Assembly: GCA_031370785.1 (NCBI GenBank)
Contig: JANMQY010000006.1
Location: forward strand, 1 to 22,313
Length of the DNA: 22,313 bases
Reading direction: 5' to 3'
Source: Candidatus Eiseniibacteriota bacterium
GTDB taxonomy: Bacteria; Eisenbacteria; RBG-16-71-46
The stretch's first letter is position 1, and the number at the start of each line of letters is the position of its first letter. Below, piece by piece: positions 17,841-22,313 of the stretch. The notes below the pieces were generated by a model. That model saw nothing but the letters and a program-made list of their open reading frames with translations. It had not been told where the DNA came from and ran no database searches. The position numbers were made by a program, and so were the translations under genes.

Positions 17841-19327
17841 GGGCCATCCACGTCGGCGCGCGGACTCTGCCCGCCGTGCGAAGGCGGCGCAAAGGCGCGG
17901 GCGCTCGCGCCCACTTCCTCGCGCGAGCCCTCGCGGCATGCGCCTCCGCCAGGGAGGATCTTGCCGGGATTGAGCCGGCGCTCCGGGTTCACGCCATCGC
18001 GCAACCGCTCCATCACCGCCAGGTCTTCGGGCGCGAACAGCTCGCTCATCATCGAGCGCTTCTCCATCCCGACGCCGTGCTCGCCCGAGATCGTGCCGCC
18101 GAAGCGGATGCACATGCGCAGGATCTCGTGCGAGGCGTCGAGCGCCCTTTTCTGCGCCTCGGGGTCGTCGGAGTTGAACAGCACGTGCGGGTGCAGGTTG
18201 CCGTCACCGGCGTGGAACACGTTGCCGGCTTCGAGTCCGCGCTCGCGGCACAGCCGGTACACGATCGAGAGCGCCTCGGCGAGCCGCGTGCGCGGCACCA
18301 CGCCGTCCATGATATAGAAGCCACTCGCACTCCTGCCGTAGGCGCCGAACGCGCTCTTGCGCCCCTTCCACAGCAGCGCGCGCTCGGCTTCGTCCTTCGC
18401 GATGCGCGTCGAGCGCGTGCCCTCGGCCTTCGCCAGAGCGAGGATGCGCTCGACCTGCGGCGGCAGACTCATTGCCGGGCCGTCCACTTCGATCAGCAGC
18501 ACCGCGCCCGCATCGAGCGGCAGGCCGATGTGCAGCCACTCTTCGACCAGCGCCGCGGTGTGCTGGTCCATGATCTCCATCGCCGCCGGCACGATCCCCG
18601 CCGCGATCGTGGTCGAGACCGTGCGGCACGCCTGCTCGATGGTCTCGAAGTCGAACAGCATGGTCTTGACCGCTTCGGGTTTCGGCAGCAGGCGCACGCA
18701 GATCTCGGTGACGATCGCGAGCGTGCCCTCGCTGCCGATGATGAGCGCGGCCAGGTCGAAGTCGGGCGCATCGAGCGCCTCGCCGCCCAGCTCGACGATG
18801 CTGCCGTCGTGCAGCACCGCGGTGAGGCCGAGCACGTGATTGAGCGTGACCCCGTACTTGAGACAGTGCGGCCCGCCCGCGTTGGTCGAGACGTTGCCGC
18901 CGATGGTGCTGACCTGCTGGGAGGCCGGGTCGGGCGCGTAGTAGAGGTTGTGCTGGGCCATCTGCTGCGAGAGCGAGAGGTTGACGACCCCGGGCTGCAC
19001 CCAGGCGAGCATGCGCTCGGGGTCCACTCGCGACACGCGGTCCATGCGATTGACCGACAGGACGATCCCGCCGAACTCCGCGGTTGCTCCACCCGCGAGT
19101 CCGGTGCCCGCGCCGCGCGGCGTGACCGGCACGTCGTGCGCTCGTGCCCAGCGCACGATCGCCGCCACCTCGTCGGTCGAGCGCGGCAGCACGACCACAT
19201 CGGGCATCATCCGCTCGAGCACCAGCGCGTCGGCCTCGTACGTGAAGCGCGCCGCCTCGCTGTCCAGCACGCCGTCATCGCCCAGCAGCGCGCGCAGCTC
19301 GTCCAGGTGTTCGCGGGTCCAGATCAT
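17831..19327 (-). CDS. glcD: FAD-linked oxidase, glycolate oxidase GlcD-like subunit
   Basis: PRGAGTGLAGG, YAPDPASQQVSTIGGNVSTNAGGPHCLKYGVT, GSEGTL, NVFHAGDGNLHP and GGTISGEHGVGMEK. Confidence 0.92.
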   Translation of the reverse strand: MIWTREHLDELRALLGDDGVLDSEAARFTYEADALVLERMMPDVVVLPRSTDEVAAIVRWARAHDVPVTPRGAGTGLAGGATAEFGGIVLSVNRMDRVSRVDPERMLAWVQPGVVNLSLSQQMAQHNLYYAPDPASQQVSTIGGNVSTNAGGPHCLKYGVTLNHVLGLTAVLHDGSIVELGGEALDAPDFDLAALIIGSEGTLAIVTEICVRLLPKPEAVKTMLFDFETIEQACRTVSTTIAAGIVPAAMEIMDQHTAALVEEWLHIGLPLDAGAVLLIEVDGPAMSLPPQVERILALAKAEGTRSTRIAKDEAERALLWKGRKSAFGAYGRSASGFYIMDGVVPRTRLAEALSIVYRLCRERGLEAGNVFHAGDGNLHPHVLFNSDDPEAQKRALDASHEILRMCIRFGGTISGEHGVGMEKRSMMSELFAPEDLAVMERLRDGVNPERRLNPGKILPGGGACREGSREEVGASARAFAPPSHGGQSPRADVDGPWI

Positions 19328-19334
19328 GAGCGGC

Positions 19335-19343
19335 AGGGTAGCA
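19335..19343 (-). promoter_or_regulatory. Extended -10 element (TGCTACCCT) 7 nt upstream of the glcD ATG; probable leaderless promoter
   Basis: Minus strand reads TGC-TACCCT-GCCGCTC-ATG with no SD sequence. Confidence 0.55.
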
Positions 19344-19378
19344 GAGGCGAGCACCGCGCCGGAGCGTGACCCGGCCGC

Positions 19379-19545
19379 GGCCCCCGTGTTACCAAGTTCC
19401 AGTTCACGGGTGCCTCAGTGCCCCTGGTCTACGACGAGATCCTGGTGCCGCCGCGCTCTGCTGGCGCCGGTCTCGTGGCCGGACGCAAAGGCGCTCGAGA
19501 GCGCGCTTCGTACCGTGGGATTCGGCAACATTCAGGTGGAGGGCC
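19379..19545 (-). ncRNA. Candidate structured RNA (rod-like, about 167 nt), family unassigned
   Basis: Nested complementary segments 19379-85/19539-45, 19387-95/19522-30, 19405-09/19513-17, 19452-59/19498-505 and 19467-70/19479-82. The outer stems pair via G-U only on the minus strand. Confidence 0.3.
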
Positions 19546-19619
19546 CGCGCTGCCGCTGCGCTTCGAAGGCGGCATCGCGCAGGCGATCCGGCTCCGGGCG
19601 CCTCGCCTCCACAATCCCC

Positions 19620-19647
19620 TTGCCTCCGCCCGGCCCGGTGCTAGCCT
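19620..19647 (+). promoter_or_regulatory. Sigma70-type promoter TTGCCT-N16-TAGCCT (with extended TGn) for the SpoIIE-domain gene
   Basis: TTGCCT at 19620-25, TGC-TAGCCT at 19639-47, SD GGGAGG at 19666-71. Confidence 0.5.
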
Positions 19648-19677
19648 CGCGCTGTTTTGGCAACCGGGAGGGCCCGC

Positions 19678-22152
19678 ATGGATCGCGGTGCTTCGCCACA
19701 TCTGTCATGGATGCTGGTGCCGGTCTCGGGCGTGCTCGTGCTGTCCGCGCTCAGTCTGCCGCGCCAGCCGTTCACCGGCCTCATTCTGCGCGGTGACCGG
19801 GTGGTCACGGTCATGCCCGCGAGCCCCGGCGAGCGCGCTCAGCTTCGGGCCGGCGACCGCGTCCTGATCTGGCCCGCCCGCGCGAACGCTCCGCAGAATC
19901 CACTCGCCGACGCCGCGCCCCACCGCCCGCTAAAGCTGCTGCGCGAGCGCGCCGACCGGCTCGATGAGATCGTGCTCGTCCCCGAGCCGCTGCCCGCCAG
20001 CGAACGTCGCATGATGGCCGGGCTGCTCGCGGTCGCATCGGGCTTCGTGCTGCTCGGCGGCTGGGTGTGGAGCCAGCGCCGCGATTCGCTCACCCGCGCG
20101 TTCTTTCTGCTGTGCCTGGCGTTCGCGTGGCTGATTGCGCCGTTTCCACGTTTCTCGTCGCGCAGCATTGCGCTCGCGTACGAGACGCTCTACTCGGGCG
20201 TCACCGTGTTCCTGCCCGCGCTGTTCGTCCACTTTTTCGCGCTGTTCCCCGAGCGCCTCGCGGTGCGCGGTCGGCGGCGCTCGCTCGCGGCGATCGCATA
20301 TGGCGTGGCCGCCGTGCTGTTCGCCGCCGAGGTCGCGATCACCGCGATCTCGATGTTCACCGGCAACGGCCTCGAATCCACTCTCGAACTGCTGCAGAGC
20401 GTGGCCGCGCTCTGGTTCGCGGCGGGTGTGGCGGCCGCGCTCGGCCTGTTCGTGCGGTCGTACCGTCGCGCGCGCAACGACGATGCGCGGCGCCGGCTGC
20501 GCGTCGCGCTGATCGGCACCGCGCTCGGCATGACGCCTCTGGTCGCGCTGGTGCTGCTGCACAACCTTGCGCCGGGCCCGCCGCTGCCCGGCGAAGGCTG
20601 GGCAGTCATGCTCACGCTGCTGGTCCCGGCCTCGTTCGCGTGGGCGGCGCTGGTGCATCGCGTCTTCGAGTTCCGGGTGGCGCTGCGCGCCGCCGCAGCC
20701 CTTGCCGCGCTCGCGCTGATCTGCGGGCTCGTGTTCTGGGCGGGGGAGTGGCTGGCACAGGCGTGGCGCGCGGACCTGGGCAGCGGAATCGCGGGCGGCG
20801 CGCTCGCGTTCGTGGCGCTGGCCGCAGCGGTGGCGGGGCCCGCCGGCGCCTGGCTGCGTGCTCTGGGCGAGCGTGTGATTCCGGATGAACACGATCGTTC
20901 TCTCTCCGAATGGATGATCCGCCATCCGTCGGCGCGCGGCAGCGCGCGGGAGCAGCTCGAAGCCGCCTGCGCGACGGTGGCGGAGCGGCTGCTCCTCGAC
21001 GGGTGTGCGGCGCTCGAGCTGGAGGGCGACTCGGTGCGCCACGCCGCGCGTGTCGGCCACACCCGGCTGCCCGAGATCGCGGCGCTCGGCACCGACTTGC
21101 TGCGAACGCTCGGGCGCACTCCGGTCGGGCTCGATGATCCGCGGCTCGCGGGCGGCGCCTGCCGCGCACTCGAAGCCGCCGGGGTGTGCTGGGTGCTGCC
21201 GGTCGGCAACGACGCCGCGCGCGTCGCGCTGCTGCTCGGTCGCCGGCTGAGCGGCCCCTGGCTGAGCATCCCTGAGATCCGCGACCTCACGCGCTTCGCG
21301 CATCATCTCGATGTGGTGCTCGACAACGCGCGGCTGCGCGAAGAGGCAACTGTGCACGGCGCATACGGCCGCGAGCTGACGCGCGCGCAGGAGATCCAGG
21401 CACACCTGCTGCCGCGCAAGGCGCCAAACTATCCGTCGCTCGACTGCGCGGCGGCCGCGCTCTCGAGCGAGCCGGTTGGGGGCGACTACTACGACTTCGT
21501 AAAGGCGCCGGGCCGCGTGTTGACGCTGGCGGTCGGCGATGCGGCCGGGCACGGCGTGCCCGCGGCGCTGATGGGTGTGTGGGCGCAGGCCTGCTTCCGC
21601 AACGAAGCGAGGCGTGGAGCGGGGCCCGGCCAGGTGCTGACCGCGCTCAACCGCGAGCTGGTCTCGATGGAACAGCCCGAAGCCTTCGTCGCGCTGCTGT
21701 GCGCGCGCATCGAGGTGCTGAGCGGGCGATTCCACTACGCGAACGCAGGCCTCACCCCGCCACTCCTGCGCCGTGCCGATGGGACCTGCGAAGAGCTGAT
21801 GCAGAGCGGAGTGCTGCTCGGCGTGACGCCGGATGCCGCCTATCCCGACGCCAGCGTCGATCTCGAGTCCGGCGACGTGATCGTGCTCTACACCGACGGC
21901 CTCACCGAGGCCCGGCATGGCGATGAGATGTACGGGGTCGAGCGGATGGCGGCCGCGCTCCATCGCTGTGCCGAGCGCCGGGCGGCGGAAATCGTGCGCG
22001 AGCTGATGTCCGAAGTGCAGGCCTTTGCCGACCACCCGCTCGATGACCTGACCGTGGTGGTGCTCAAGCAGATACTGGCCCCGGTACGCGCTCCCGGCGC
22101 GTTACAGAATCCCCTAAAGTGGCGGACAACACCCGCCGATGCAGTGGGGTGA
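19678..22152 (+). CDS. Membrane-bound PP2C/SpoIIE (RsbU-like) phosphatase with N-terminal PDZ-like domain, multiple TMs and a degenerate GAF-like region, 824 aa
   Basis: VVTVMPASPGERAQLRAGDRV (PDZ-like), about 9-10 hydrophobic segments, and PP2C motifs VGGDYYD, VGDAAGHG, LYTDGLTEA and DDLTVVVLK. Confidence 0.88.
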   Translation: MDRGASPHLSWMLVPVSGVLVLSALSLPRQPFTGLILRGDRVVTVMPASPGERAQLRAGDRVLIWPARANAPQNPLADAAPHRPLKLLRERADRLDEIVLVPEPLPASERRMMAGLLAVASGFVLLGGWVWSQRRDSLTRAFFLLCLAFAWLIAPFPRFSSRSIALAYETLYSGVTVFLPALFVHFFALFPERLAVRGRRRSLAAIAYGVAAVLFAAEVAITAISMFTGNGLESTLELLQSVAALWFAAGVAAALGLFVRSYRRARNDDARRRLRVALIGTALGMTPLVALVLLHNLAPGPPLPGEGWAVMLTLLVPASFAWAALVHRVFEFRVALRAAAALAALALICGLVFWAGEWLAQAWRADLGSGIAGGALAFVALAAAVAGPAGAWLRALGERVIPDEHDRSLSEWMIRHPSARGSAREQLEAACATVAERLLLDGCAALELEGDSVRHAARVGHTRLPEIAALGTDLLRTLGRTPVGLDDPRLAGGACRALEAAGVCWVLPVGNDAARVALLLGRRLSGPWLSIPEIRDLTRFAHHLDVVLDNARLREEATVHGAYGRELTRAQEIQAHLLPRKAPNYPSLDCAAAALSSEPVGGDYYDFVKAPGRVLTLAVGDAAGHGVPAALMGVWAQACFRNEARRGAGPGQVLTALNRELVSMEQPEAFVALLCARIEVLSGRFHYANAGLTPPLLRRADGTCEELMQSGVLLGVTPDAAYPDASVDLESGDVIVLYTDGLTEARHGDEMYGVERMAAALHRCAERRAAEIVRELMSEVQAFADHPLDDLTVVVLKQILAPVRAPGALQNPLKWRTTPADAVG
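22115..22142 (+). promoter_or_regulatory. Sigma28/SigD-like promoter TAAA-N16-GCCGATGC within the 3' end of the phosphatase gene
   Basis: TAAA at 22115-18 and GCCGAT at 22135-40, upstream of the ORF starting at 22258. Confidence 0.4.
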
Positions 22153-22257
22153 AACGGCAGGTAGGCCGTTTCCCCCGCCCGCGCTGCCAACCCACGGGCG
22201 GCCGATCTGACGGTTGACCGCGCAGGATGCGCGCCCCCTCGCAGTCGGAGGTGGACC

Positions 22258-22313
22258 GTGGACATCGGCCTTATGGTCATGCTCATCGATCTTCTGTGGT
22301 GGATCCGTCACTA
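22258..22313 (+). CDS. Start of a hydrophobic ORF (MDIGLMVMLIDLLWWIRH...), truncated by the window edge or a very small protein
   Basis: SD GGAGG at 22247-51 then GTG 22258, with host-like codon usage. The final TA could begin a stop or a Tyr codon. Confidence 0.45.
   Translation, partial: MDIGLMVMLIDLLWWIRH

Noticed and set aside
19481..19492. GGACGCAAAG, resembling the c-di-GMP-I riboswitch core
   Set aside because: There is no upstream GCAAAC or GNRA-tetraloop stem and no matching second hairpin.
19510..19530. c-di-AMP (ydaO) riboswitch-like 5' motif on the minus strand
   Set aside because: The downstream conserved blocks (GGGGTGAATC, GTAGGG, CAGCTAAC) are absent.
19418..19867. 149-aa plus-strand ORF (MPLVYDEILV...) in the glcD-phosphatase gap
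   Set aside because: No SD, no motif, weak codon bias, and it overlaps the phosphatase gene out of frame.

Overview
Very GC-rich (roughly 70% by eye) bacterial chromosomal window. It holds 15 complete CDSs and two partial ORFs at the edges, with no recognisable mobile element, CRISPR array, tRNA or rRNA. From left to right: a glcF-ycaQ pair (minus); a GT-C-like membrane protein (plus); a tightly packed five-gene minus-strand cluster (SpeY/deoxyhypusine-synthase-like enzyme, membrane protein, SbnI/SerK-like ParB-fold kinase, Zn-MDR oxidoreductase, small K-channel-like protein); a secreted Asp-box beta-propeller protein with a FlgD-Ig/T9SS-like C-terminal domain; a DUF1028-TPR protein and an ABC exporter (minus); a CBM9/DUF5916 outer-membrane protein; glcD-glcE (minus); and a PDZ-multiTM-SpoIIE phosphatase. 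The C-terminal domain suggests an FCB-group organism such as Ca. Eisenbacteria (inference). The most notable observations are: (i) a serine-kinase-like gene apparently co-transcribed with a homospermidine-synthase-like gene, (ii) a glcDEF system split by about 13.7 kb whose two halves share a near-identical leaderless promoter/start motif, and (iii) an unassigned rod-like structured element of about 170 nt upstream of glcD. All family assignments come from motif recognition by eye; no searches were run.
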